This document shows, in pieces, positions 45,951-54,749 of a stretch of DNA of 64,000 nucleotides; within the stretch, counting starts at the first letter, position 1, and every line of letters begins with the position of its first letter. The notes beneath the pieces were generated by a model. That model ran no database searches, was not told the origin of the DNA, and saw only the letters and a list, made by a program, of their open reading frames with translations. A program made the translations under genes and the position numbers. The DNA is from Gemmatimonadota bacterium (GTDB taxonomy: Bacteria > Gemmatimonadota > Gemmatimonadetes > Gemmatimonadales > GWC2-71-9). The stretch is from contig JBDHAF010000007.1 of the NCBI GenBank assembly GCA_039588255.1, forward strand, positions 38,137-102,136, given 5' to 3'.

Positions 45951-46769
45951 CTACCGCCTGGGCACCACGCCCACGATGCGCAGCGGCCCGCCGCTGCCCC
46001 CCTCGATCTTCATCGGGAGCGCAACGATGTAGCCACCCGTCTCGGGCATCGTCTCGAGGTTGGCCACGTTCTCGAAGCCGGGGATGTTCTCGGCGTAGAG
46101 GATCTGGTGGCTCTCGAAGGTGCTGGACTGGCCGTAGTCGATACTCGGCGTGTCGATCCCGATGGCTGCGATGGACCGGCTGTCCACCAGCCACCGTGCC
46201 GCGGCGGGGTCGAGCCCCGGGAAGTGCAATAGGGGTACGGCCTCGGCGCCGCGCATGCTGGTTCCCAAGTAGGCCTGTGGATCGGGCCAGCGTTCGCCCC
46301 ACCCGGTCAGCAGCAACACGATCGCTCCCGTGGGAATCGGCCCGTGGGCCGCCTCGAACGCCTCGATATCATCCACCGCCACGAGATAGTCGGGATTGCC
46401 TGCGGCCCGGTTGGTCACGTCGATCACTATGGCCGGGCCGATGAGCCTGGCCAGGGGGATCTCGTCGGTGGCGTGCCGCCCTTCGGAGAAGTGGACGGGC
46501 GCATCGAGGTGGGTGCCCCCGTGCTCCGCGGCGCTGAAGTTGTAGGCCGAGTAGTACCACCCGCCTTCGGTCACGCCCTCCGACACCGTCTCCAGCCGGA
46601 ACGCCTCAGCCGTGGGCCAGTAGACGGCGGAATCGTTGTACGAATGGGTGAGATCGATCCACGCGTCGGGATCTTGAAAGAGCTGCTCGATTCGCTGGTC
46701 GCCCACCGAGCACGCGACAACGACAAAGGAGACCGGGACCAACCAGCGCAGTGTGCGAACGGGGGCCAT
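45951..46769 (-). CDS. Secreted cyclase-family protein (kynurenine formamidase-like)
   Basis: ATG 46769, signal anchor LRWLVPVSFVVVACS. Motif AEHGGTHLDAPVHF, and LLHFPGLD. Confidence 0.8.
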   Translation of the reverse strand: MAPVRTLRWLVPVSFVVVACSVGDQRIEQLFQDPDAWIDLTHSYNDSAVYWPTAEAFRLETVSEGVTEGGWYYSAYNFSAAEHGGTHLDAPVHFSEGRHATDEIPLARLIGPAIVIDVTNRAAGNPDYLVAVDDIEAFEAAHGPIPTGAIVLLLTGWGERWPDPQAYLGTSMRGAEAVPLLHFPGLDPAAARWLVDSRSIAAIGIDTPSIDYGQSSTFESHQILYAENIPGFENVANLETMPETGGYIVALPMKIEGGSGGPLRIVGVVPRR

Positions 46770-46890
46770 TGGGAGACCTTGGGGGCTAGGGATGACGGTA
46801 GCTTGGAGGAATCGCGGTGGCCCGTCAAGCGGGTCTTCCGCGCGGTTGACCCCCAACACAGTTTGTCTCAATGCTCTTCAGGAGGCCCCC

Positions 46891-48927
46891 ATGCGCCGCA
46901 TAGTCCCGTTCTTTGCCGCTTGCCTCGTCCTGGCCATCGCCCTGCCGTCGCAGGCCGCCGCGCAGGACCAGGACGATCGAATCACCCTGGCCCAGTACCT
47001 GGATACCGAGCGGGTATCCGATCCCCAGATCTCCCCCGACGGGCGGCAAATCGTCTACAGCCGGCGCTGGGTGGACAAGATCAACGATCGGTGGACCTCG
47101 TCGCTCTGGATCATGAACGCCGACGGAAGCCGCAACCGGCATCTCACCGAAGGGTCGTCGCCTCGCTGGTCGCCCGATGGACAGCGTCTCGCGTTCACCC
47201 GCGAGGGCGAGCCCCAGGGGTCCCAGATCTTCGTCCGCTGGATGGACGCCGAAGGGGCCGAGACCCAGATCACCACCCTGGAGCAGGGACCCGGCAGCAT
47301 CGCATGGGCCCCCAACGGAGAGCACATCGCGTTCACCATGACCGTACCGGGGGATCCCCAGTGGCGGGTCTCGCTTCCAGGACGTCCCAGAGGCGCCAAG
47401 TGGACCGAGGACCCCAAAGTGGTCACGCGCCTCGACTACCGGCAGGACCGGGTGGGTTTCAACGACGACGGCTATCGCCACATCTTCGTCGTCCCGTCGG
47501 AGGGCGGCACCGCCCGGCAGCTCACCAGCGGCGACTGGCGTCACAACGGCGTGGCGTGGACCCCCGACTCCCGGGAGATCCTCTTCTCGGCAAATAGGGT
47601 CGAGGAAGCCGAGCACACCTGGCGCCAGTCCGACGTCTATGCGGTGAGTGTGGAGACCCGCGACATCCGCCAGCTCACCACGCGGAACGGACCCGACGGT
47701 AGCCCCGTCGTCTCACCCAACGGTCGCCTGGTGGCGTACACAGGCTACGATTGGACCGACGACACGTTCATCGCCGGTGACATCTACGTGATGAACATCG
47801 ACGGGTCGAATCCCCGGGAGATCTCGGGCGACCACGACCGGCGCGCCGGCGGCTTGACATGGGCGCCGGACAACGGCGGCGTCTACTTCGGGTCGAGCGA
47901 CCGGGGCACCCGCCACGTCTATTTCGCGTCGGTGAACGGCGGCGTGCGGAAGGTGACCGACGGCAACGTCCAGATCTCCATGTCCAGCATGACCGACGAC
48001 TTGTTCGCGGTCGGGACGCTGACGAGCTACCACGAGCCGGGGGACATTGTCTCGTTCAACCTGCGCAACGGGAACCCGACCCAGCTCACCCATGTGAACG
48101 CGGACATCCTGGCCGGCAAGCAGTTGGGTGAGGTCGAGGAGATCTGGTACAAGTCCGTCGACGACTACGACATCCAGGGGTGGATCGTCAAGCCGCCGGA
48201 CTTCGATCCCTCCAAGAAGTACCCCTTGATGCTCAAGATCCACGGCGGCCCCCACGGCATGTATGGGGTGGGCTTCAGCTTCGAGTGGCAGGAGCATGCC
48301 GCCAACGGGTACGTGGTGCTGTACACGAATCCCCGGGGCAGCGCGGGATACGGCTCACCGTTCGGCAACGCCATCAAGCGGGCCTATCCCGGCAAGGACT
48401 ACGACGATTTGATGGCCGGTGTGGACACAGTGATCGGCCGGGGGTACATCGACGCCCGCAACATGTTCGTGTACGGCTGCAGCGGTGGCGGAGTGTTGAC
48501 GTCGTGGGTGGTGGGCCACACCGACCGCTTTGCCGCCGCGTCGGCCAACTGCCCGGTGACCAACTGGTTCTCCTTTGTGGGGACCACGGACGGCACGACC
48601 TGGTACCGCAATTTCGACAAACTCCCCTGGGAGGATCCGTCGGAGCACCTGCAGCGCTCCCCGATCATGTACGTGGGCAACGTGACCACTCCGACGATGC
48701 TCATGACCGGCGTGAACGACCTGCGGACGCCGATGCCCCAGACCGAGGAGTACTATGTGGCGCTACGGTATCTCAGGGTGCCCACGGCGATGATCCGGTT
48801 CAACAACGAGTGGCACGGCACGAGCAGCACGCCGTCCAACTTCCTCCGGACGCAACTTTACCTCCGGGGGTGGTTCGAGAAGCATTCGACGAAGGACGAG
48901 GATCGGATTACGTCGGATCTGCAATGA
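46891..48927 (+). CDS. Secreted S9 family serine peptidase with N-terminal TolB-like beta-propeller
   Basis: ATG 46891 follows AGGAGG. Signal peptide MRRIVPFFAACLVLAIALPSQAAA. Propeller repeats (SPDGRQIVYS, WSPDGQRLAF, WAPNGEHIAF). Catalytic GCSGGG and a C-terminal D...H region. Confidence 0.9.
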   Translation: MRRIVPFFAACLVLAIALPSQAAAQDQDDRITLAQYLDTERVSDPQISPDGRQIVYSRRWVDKINDRWTSSLWIMNADGSRNRHLTEGSSPRWSPDGQRLAFTREGEPQGSQIFVRWMDAEGAETQITTLEQGPGSIAWAPNGEHIAFTMTVPGDPQWRVSLPGRPRGAKWTEDPKVVTRLDYRQDRVGFNDDGYRHIFVVPSEGGTARQLTSGDWRHNGVAWTPDSREILFSANRVEEAEHTWRQSDVYAVSVETRDIRQLTTRNGPDGSPVVSPNGRLVAYTGYDWTDDTFIAGDIYVMNIDGSNPREISGDHDRRAGGLTWAPDNGGVYFGSSDRGTRHVYFASVNGGVRKVTDGNVQISMSSMTDDLFAVGTLTSYHEPGDIVSFNLRNGNPTQLTHVNADILAGKQLGEVEEIWYKSVDDYDIQGWIVKPPDFDPSKKYPLMLKIHGGPHGMYGVGFSFEWQEHAANGYVVLYTNPRGSAGYGSPFGNAIKRAYPGKDYDDLMAGVDTVIGRGYIDARNMFVYGCSGGGVLTSWVVGHTDRFAAASANCPVTNWFSFVGTTDGTTWYRNFDKLPWEDPSEHLQRSPIMYVGNVTTPTMLMTGVNDLRTPMPQTEEYYVALRYLRVPTAMIRFNNEWHGTSSTPSNFLRTQLYLRGWFEKHSTKDEDRITSDLQ

Positions 48928-48951
48928 GGTAGGATGTCGCTGCTAGAAATG

Positions 48952-48978
48952 AGGCGGGCCGCACATCGCGGCCCGCCT
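48952..48978. terminator. Bidirectional intrinsic terminator hairpin between convergent genes
   Basis: aggcgggccgc-(acatc)-gcggcccgcct. Perfect 11-bp stem followed by tttcttgtcttgt and preceded by gaaat. It lies between the S9 peptidase stop (48927) and the kinase stop (49001). Confidence 0.6.
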
Positions 48979-49000
48979 TTCTTGTCTTGTCGATCCGTTG

Positions 49001-50290
49001 CTACTTGCCCACCTTCCGGCCACACCAGGGGCACTTCACCCAGTAGTCCGGCAACACCCCCCAACCACACCCCGAACACTTCGCCGTCACATGCTCGATC
49101 TTCCAGCGCCGCGTCACTTTGGTGCGGCACCACGGGCAGTACCGCATGAACGGCATGAGGTCTCCCCTGCACTCGCCACACCGGGCCGCGTACCGCACGT
49201 CGCTGTAGTGCCGGTCCGACGGCTGCTGCACGCGCCCGCCGTAACACCACGCGCAGAACGGCCAGTCCCGCTTGATGCCTCGGCCGCAGCGCCGGCAGCG
49301 CGCCGGTGCTCGCGTTGAGCCTCGAAAGGTTCGCCGCGCCGTGCCGCACCAGGGGCAGTGGAACATCGACTCGGCCACCGGCCTCCCGCACTTGCCGCAG
49401 CCGTGCCGCGCCTCCAGCGCCCTGCCGTAGCGCCGGCGGAATTCCCGCATGCGCACCGTTCTCCACTTGCTGTCTCCGCGGACCTTTGCTCTTCGCCTCC
49501 GCGCGGCGGTGCGCAACGCATGCTTCTTGATGCGGCGAAACGCCGCGAGCATGTGGCCGGAGTCTGCATAGCGCGCCCGTTCGTCCAACTCCATCGCCCG
49601 CCGCAGGAACGAGACGAAGTCCGGGTGCACGTTGCGGCGCAAGCGCGCGAACCCCACTGGCGGCCAGTCGTAGGGCCACTCGGGAAGTGAGCCCGAAAAC
49701 ATTCGATAGATCACCAGGCCCAAGGCAAACACGTCGGAGCGGAGTGACGGTCTCCCGATTCCCTGCTCCGGCGCCAGATACCCGAAGGTGCCTGTTCCCC
49801 CACCAACGAGCGTCCGCGACCGCAGCGCCACCTTGGCGATGCCGAAGTCCGTGAGCCGCACCCGGTTGTCGGGAAAGAGAATCAGGTTTTCGGGCTTGAT
49901 GTCACAGTGAATGATCCGGCGTTCATGAGCGTAGGCCACGGCCTCCAACAGTTGTTCGGCGAGGACAAGTGCCGTGCGGCCGGCGAGGCGGCGCTTGAGT
50001 CGTTCCGCCAGCGTGGCCTCGCCCAACGGGTAGACGATGACGAAACGCTTCCCGATGAAGCTGGCGGTCTTCATGGGAAGGATGTTGGGATGGTCGAGGC
50101 CAGCGGTGATGCGGACCTCGTTTCGGAAATCGTTCAGCGTCTCCTTATCTACGAGGTGGCTGTGGGGGATCTTGAGGGCCACCCGGACGCCCTCGATCGT
50201 GTCATAAGCCCGGTAGACGGTTGCGAAGCCGCCCTTCCCGACACGACCGATGATCCGGTACTTGCCGAGGGTGTCTCTCGCCTTCAGCAT
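49001..50290 (-). CDS. Cytoplasmic Ser/Thr protein kinase with four C-terminal zinc ribbons
   Basis: GKGGFATVYRA, VALKI, HCDIKPENLIL, DFGIAK, GYLAPE. Then four C-x2-C...C-x2-C units between residues 298 and 423. No TM segment. Confidence 0.85.
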   Translation of the reverse strand: MLKARDTLGKYRIIGRVGKGGFATVYRAYDTIEGVRVALKIPHSHLVDKETLNDFRNEVRITAGLDHPNILPMKTASFIGKRFVIVYPLGEATLAERLKRRLAGRTALVLAEQLLEAVAYAHERRIIHCDIKPENLILFPDNRVRLTDFGIAKVALRSRTLVGGGTGTFGYLAPEQGIGRPSLRSDVFALGLVIYRMFSGSLPEWPYDWPPVGFARLRRNVHPDFVSFLRRAMELDERARYADSGHMLAAFRRIKKHALRTAARRRRAKVRGDSKWRTVRMREFRRRYGRALEARHGCGKCGRPVAESMFHCPWCGTARRTFRGSTRAPARCRRCGRGIKRDWPFCAWCYGGRVQQPSDRHYSDVRYAARCGECRGDLMPFMRYCPWCRTKVTRRWKIEHVTAKCSGCGWGVLPDYWVKCPWCGRKVGK

Positions 50291-50320
50291 GCGGGAGATG
50301 GGCGGAGTGACAAACCGACG

Positions 50321-53284
50321 TCAGCTGGCCTGAGCCGCGCTGTCGTCGTCGCGCAGCTCCTTCACTGCGTCGTGGATCCGCTGGGTCATCTCCCGCTCCC
50401 GGCGCATCGCCTCGAGCAACCCCTCCGCTTCCTTGGCCTCGAAGGCCAGCTGTCCGGACTGCTCGATGACGTGATCCACCACGGCCTTTTGGCTGCCCAG
50501 CGTATCCAGTCCCGCGCGAATGTCCAGCAGCAGCCCCTGTGCCTGGGCCAACCGCGCCTCGGCAGACACTATCTTCTTCTGGTGCTCCTCAACGGCAGAC
50601 AGCACGGTCTCCATCTCGGCCGCCTTCCCCAGCACGATGTCCAACGCGCGGCTGGCCTCGTCCACCTCGTCCCGCGCCGCGGAAATTGCCTTAACGTCCG
50701 CCAACGCCTGCTCCGCGGTCCCAAAGAGCTTATGGAGATCGTCCCGCACAGCGTCGACGCTCTCCTGCCGCGACAGCAGCATTTCCAGCGAGCGGGCCAG
50801 CTCCTGTTCGGTCTGGTCGAGCTGCGCCAGCTTCTCCTCGAACTGGGTGACCCGTTTTTCGGCGAACCGGAGACTGCCGGCTCGCGCCTCGAGGCGCTCG
50901 GCGTGCAGCCCAACCTTGTCCGACTGCTTTTCGGCGGTCCTCAGCTCCGCCGACAGCTCAAGCAACCGGGATTCCAGCGATTGCACCACTTCGGCCGCGT
51001 CGCTGCGCAGCGCAGTCACCCGCTCGAGCTGCTCGGTGGCCTGGTCCAGAGCCTGTTGGCGTTGTTCGATCTCGCCGCCCACCCGGTCCACTCGCTTCGA
51101 CAACGCCTCCACCTCTTCGGCACGACCCTCAGCCGCGTCGACGCCCTCACCGACCTCCGCCATCCGCCGCTCCGCTTGCTCCACACTCGCCGTGACGGAC
51201 GTGATGACGTTGCCCACCCTGTCGGCCGCCGCCGCCTGCTCTGCCACCTTCTTGAAGCGGTGGTCCGCGTCGTCCAGGCTCGTGAGGAGATTGCTCGTGC
51301 GTTCGTCCAACTGCGCCCCCGTGCGCTGCAATTCCGTCATGCGCACTTCGAGCACGGCCAGTGTCTCTCGACGTGCGTCGAGATTAGACGCTGCGGAGAC
51401 GACCCGGTCGGCGTTCTGGCGCATGTGCTCGACGTTGCCGGCCAAGTCGTCGAGTAAGGCGATCTTCGTGCGGATGTCGCGGATTGAGTCCTGCACCGTC
51501 GAGAGCCACGCGCTCGTTTCGGTGTGACCGGTTTGCATCCGCTCGATTTCCGCGCGCGCGCCGCGCAACTGCTCCAGGGCGTCGCGCACCTCTTCCCGGG
51601 AGCCGCGCAGAGTTCCCAGGTCCCGCACGGCGTCTTCCACATCGGCTTTCGTAGCTTCGATCCGCTCGAGTCGTTGCGCCACCTCGGAGGCGGTGGCCTC
51701 GGCTCTATCCATCGCGCCGCGCATCCCTTCCACCCGCTCGGCCTGCTCGCCGAGTTGCGCAAGTTCCGACGACAACGTGCCCATCCGTGCCGCGACCGTA
51801 TCTGCTCGCTCAGTAGCCTCCGTGATGCGACCCACCGAGCTGTCGAACGTTTGGAATCTGCCTTCAATGTCCACCACGCCGCCCCGGAGGTCCACGATGC
51901 GTTGGCCGATGGCCTCGAGGTTGCCGCTCTCGATTCGGAAACGCTCGACACCCCTGCGGACCTCTTCCTCCAGACCGTTGAGGCGTTCCCGAACCGCGGC
52001 GGCATCCTGGTCCACTCTCGCTTGCTCGGCGCGCAGCTCGGTCGTGCGCCCCGACACCTGACGGTTGAGATCCCGCAATTCGCCGATGTTGGACTGGGCT
52101 TTCTTGACCTCCTTGACCTGCTCCTCCGCTCGCTTGATCTGGGACCGCAGGTCCTGCTGCATCTCGGACAGGTTGCGCAGCTGTGCCTCGGCGCGGTCGA
52201 CGGTTTCGCGTTGTCGCTCCAACGCCGCGGTCTTCTGCGTCACATGATCCGACATGCCCCGCAACGCGTTCAGGTGCCGCTCGGTCCGCACCGCCAACTC
52301 TTCAGCCTTGGAAAGGTCCTGCATGGTGGCTTCGACGGACGCCACGCGGGTAGTCGCTTCCCCGACGCCCTCGTTGAGCCGCTCTAGGTTTTTGCGGACT
52401 TCATCGTATTTGGACAGCGCGCTGCCTTGTGAGGAGCGAAGATCCGATTGGTCTTCCTTCACCCGGGCCACGTCGCCACCGAAATCCGACAGTTGTTTAT
52501 TCAATTCCTCGAGTTGACCGCGCAGCTTCACCATCAAGCCCGACGGGCCCAACAACCCTGATGCCTCTTGCCTGGCGGCTGTGAGCGCATCTACATCGCC
52601 ACGTAGCTGCGTAACCTCGGCTCCGACGCCCGAGAGTTCGGTGAACTTGGCGGCCAGCTCGTCCACGCCGCGGAGCGTCTGCTCGAGCTCTTTCGCAATT
52701 TCGATCTGCGTCTCCTTCACCTCCTCGGCGCGCTTCTCCGCCACGTCCACCCGGAATTCCACGTCCTTCAACCCGTCGCCGCGAGTCTCGACCTCCCGAA
52801 TGTGATCCTCGACCGCCGAGAGCTTCTCCCGCAGCTTGGTCACCATGCCCGCCGGCCCTGACAACTTCGCGAGCTCGTCCCTGGCCTCCGAGACTTCCGA
52901 CACGAACTGCCGCAGTTCCGTCAGCCGGTCGTCCAGATCGTTGGCGCTCTGGAGAGTATCTGCCAGCGAGCTGGTGGCCTGGTCTTGCGACGTTGCGAGA
53001 TCTCTGCCCCGCTCCTCCAGCGCCGCGATGCGGGACATCACCTCACGGACCGCCGCATTCTCTTGAAGCTCACCGAGCCGGTCGCCGAGCTCCTGGATGG
53101 CCGCCTGGGTCTTTTCCAGGGGAGCCGTGATCTTCTCGAAGTTCTCCGACGCAGACTCGGTCTTCTTCACCGCCGCGCCCAGGGCCTTCTTCTCGCGCCG
53201 GGCCTTTTCGATGAGCTTCTGAAGCTCTTCGGGGAGATTCTCGATCTCGCCCCGGCCCAACAGAGATTTGAACAGGGATGCCAT
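50321..53284 (-). CDS. Large (987 aa) coiled-coil protein, no recognisable enzymatic or membrane domain
   Basis: ATG 53284. Composition is dominated by E/R/A/L/Q/V with heptad-like periodicity throughout. No Walker motifs and no TM segment. Related internal blocks (LSGPAGMVTKLREKLS vs LLGPSGLMVKLRGQLE) suggest internal duplication. The stop lies 30 nt before the kinase start. Confidence 0.7.
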   Translation of the reverse strand: MASLFKSLLGRGEIENLPEELQKLIEKARREKKALGAAVKKTESASENFEKITAPLEKTQAAIQELGDRLGELQENAAVREVMSRIAALEERGRDLATSQDQATSSLADTLQSANDLDDRLTELRQFVSEVSEARDELAKLSGPAGMVTKLREKLSAVEDHIREVETRGDGLKDVEFRVDVAEKRAEEVKETQIEIAKELEQTLRGVDELAAKFTELSGVGAEVTQLRGDVDALTAARQEASGLLGPSGLMVKLRGQLEELNKQLSDFGGDVARVKEDQSDLRSSQGSALSKYDEVRKNLERLNEGVGEATTRVASVEATMQDLSKAEELAVRTERHLNALRGMSDHVTQKTAALERQRETVDRAEAQLRNLSEMQQDLRSQIKRAEEQVKEVKKAQSNIGELRDLNRQVSGRTTELRAEQARVDQDAAAVRERLNGLEEEVRRGVERFRIESGNLEAIGQRIVDLRGGVVDIEGRFQTFDSSVGRITEATERADTVAARMGTLSSELAQLGEQAERVEGMRGAMDRAEATASEVAQRLERIEATKADVEDAVRDLGTLRGSREEVRDALEQLRGARAEIERMQTGHTETSAWLSTVQDSIRDIRTKIALLDDLAGNVEHMRQNADRVVSAASNLDARRETLAVLEVRMTELQRTGAQLDERTSNLLTSLDDADHRFKKVAEQAAAADRVGNVITSVTASVEQAERRMAEVGEGVDAAEGRAEEVEALSKRVDRVGGEIEQRQQALDQATEQLERVTALRSDAAEVVQSLESRLLELSAELRTAEKQSDKVGLHAERLEARAGSLRFAEKRVTQFEEKLAQLDQTEQELARSLEMLLSRQESVDAVRDDLHKLFGTAEQALADVKAISAARDEVDEASRALDIVLGKAAEMETVLSAVEEHQKKIVSAEARLAQAQGLLLDIRAGLDTLGSQKAVVDHVIEQSGQLAFEAKEAEGLLEAMRREREMTQRIHDAVKELRDDDSAAQAS

Positions 53285-53396
53285 GAATCCTCGTCAACAG
53301 GGGACAAGGAGAAGTTGGCACCCGGTCACCGAAAAGCCAATACAGCCGGACCCTCATCCACTGGCGCCGGGGGGCCGTGGTGTCCACATTTGCGAC

Positions 53397-53774
53397 ATGA
53401 AAAAACCCTCAAAGAAACTGGTCGTCATGGGGGACCGGGTTCTCATCGCGCCTGAGGAAGGCGAGGAGCGAACCCGGGTGGGGCTCTATCTCCCGGCCAC
53501 GGCCGTAGACCGGCAGGCCGTGCAGAGCGGCCGGATCGTGGCCGTGGGACCTGGGACACCGATGGCCGAGCCCACCGCGCTGGACGACGAGCCGTGGCGC
53601 ATCGGCAAGAGCGATACGCGCTTCGTGCCGATGCAGGCGGAGGTGGGCGACTTCGCCATTTTCTTCAGGAAGGCCGCGGTCGAGATCACGTTCGAGGACG
53701 ACAGCTACTTGGTGGTCCCCCAGGCCGCCATTCTCGTGCTGACTCGGGCCGACGATCCCCTCGAAGATCTGTGA
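53397..53774 (+). CDS. GroES (Cpn10)-like protein, stand-alone
   Basis: MKKPSKKLVVMGDRVLIAPEEGEERTRVGLYLPATAVDRQAVQSGRIVAVGPG...GDFAIFFRKAAVEITFEDDSYLVVPQAAILVL has the Cpn10 pattern (R.L...........GI.LP......G.V.AVG.G). There is no groEL next to it. Confidence 0.65.
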   Translation: MKKPSKKLVVMGDRVLIAPEEGEERTRVGLYLPATAVDRQAVQSGRIVAVGPGTPMAEPTALDDEPWRIGKSDTRFVPMQAEVGDFAIFFRKAAVEITFEDDSYLVVPQAAILVLTRADDPLEDL

Positions 53775-54181
53775 CACGGGATCACCACGTCATTTTCCTC
53801 TGCGTCGCCAATTCGGCGCGGAGCCAGATGGCCGAGGGGCTGGCCCGCGCCGTTGCCCCGCCGGGCTGGACGGTCTCCAGCGCCGGCTCGGCCCCAGGGC
53901 ACCTGAGCTCCCGAGCCACCAATGTCATGGCAGAGATCGGGATCGACATCAGCTCCCACCACTCGAAGGGGCTGGACGAGGTCCCGTTGGACGGTGCGGA
54001 CATGGTCGTGACCCTCTGCGCCGAGGAGGCGTGTCCGGTCATCCCTCCCCACGTGGAGCACCTCGATTGGGCGATGCCCGACCCCGGGGCGGCCACCGGC
54101 TCCGAGGAGGCGGAGTTGGACGCGTTCCGGAAAGCCCGGGACGAGATCCGGCGACGCGTGGCCGGGCTGTGGCCTGGATGA
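53771..54181 (+). CDS. Low-molecular-weight phosphatase family protein (LMW-PTP / ArsC type)
   Basis: GTG start overlaps the GroES-like stop (GTGA 53771-74). P-loop FLCVANSARSQMAEG (C-x5-R-S). Later TLCAEEACP and DPG. Confidence 0.85.
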   Translation: MTRDHHVIFLCVANSARSQMAEGLARAVAPPGWTVSSAGSAPGHLSSRATNVMAEIGIDISSHHSKGLDEVPLDGADMVVTLCAEEACPVIPPHVEHLDWAMPDPGAATGSEEAELDAFRKARDEIRRRVAGLWPG

Positions 54182-54185
54182 GTCG

Positions 54186-54395
54186 ATGACCGGCGTGATG
54201 ATCGTGGTGCTCACGGGAGTGTTGGTTTGGCTGGTGTGGGCACCGGCCAAGCGGCGTGCCGCCGCATCTCAACCGGACGACGAGACGCTGGAGGCAGAAC
54301 GGGAGGTCCAAGACCTCGACGCGTCCACCACTCCCGAAGAGGCAGACGACCAGCTTCCGGACTGGGGCCCGGGCGTCCCCAAGGAACGCCGCTGA
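54186..54395 (+). CDS. Hypothetical small membrane protein (69 aa)
   Basis: ATG lies 4 nt after the phosphatase stop. One TM segment MTGVMIVVLTGVLVWLVWAP followed by an acidic tail. Confidence 0.4.
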   Translation: MTGVMIVVLTGVLVWLVWAPAKRRAAASQPDDETLEAEREVQDLDASTTPEEADDQLPDWGPGVPKERR

Positions 54396-54397
54396 GG

Positions 54398-54736
54398 TTA
54401 CTCGCGTCGCTGGCGGCGGCGGCGGATGCGTCGCCGCTGCCGGGACAGACCCCTGCGGGCATCGTCTCGCCAATCCTCGATGTGGTCCCGGGCATCGTCC
54501 CGTAGCTCCCGAAGTCGCTTCTTCACGCGGCGGCGGGTGACCTCACCTCGAGCCGGGGCACCCAGCCACACCGCTCCCGCACCCACCAGCGTCCCGAGCA
54601 GCAGCCCGGCGACAAAGAGACCGCTGCCGGACCTCGGGGATACGAACTCTTCGACGTCGTCCTCGGAGAGGTCCTCGTCGTCCAGTTCTTCGTCGAGGAT
54701 CTCCTCGTCGTCCTCAACTCTCAGCTTGCGAACCAT
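54398..54736 (-). CDS. YtxH-like domain protein
   Basis: Acidic N-terminus, then GLFVAGLLLGTLVGAGAVWLGAPARGEVTRRRVKKRLRELRDDARD, the YtxH pattern (hydrophobic helix + APxSGxxTR). Confidence 0.55.
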   Translation of the reverse strand: MVRKLRVEDDEEILDEELDDEDLSEDDVEEFVSPRSGSGLFVAGLLLGTLVGAGAVWLGAPARGEVTRRRVKKRLRELRDDARDHIEDWRDDARRGLSRQRRRIRRRRQRRE

Positions 54737-54749
54737 GGGACCTCCAACG

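Noticed and set aside
49907-52387. Series of long plus-strand ORFs (516, 335, 287 aa) antisense to the kinase and the coiled-coil gene
   Set aside because: The reverse complement of GAG/CTC/CGC/GCC-rich coiled-coil codons is intrinsically stop-poor. One of these ORFs crosses the kinase/coiled-coil intergenic gap. No domains are present.
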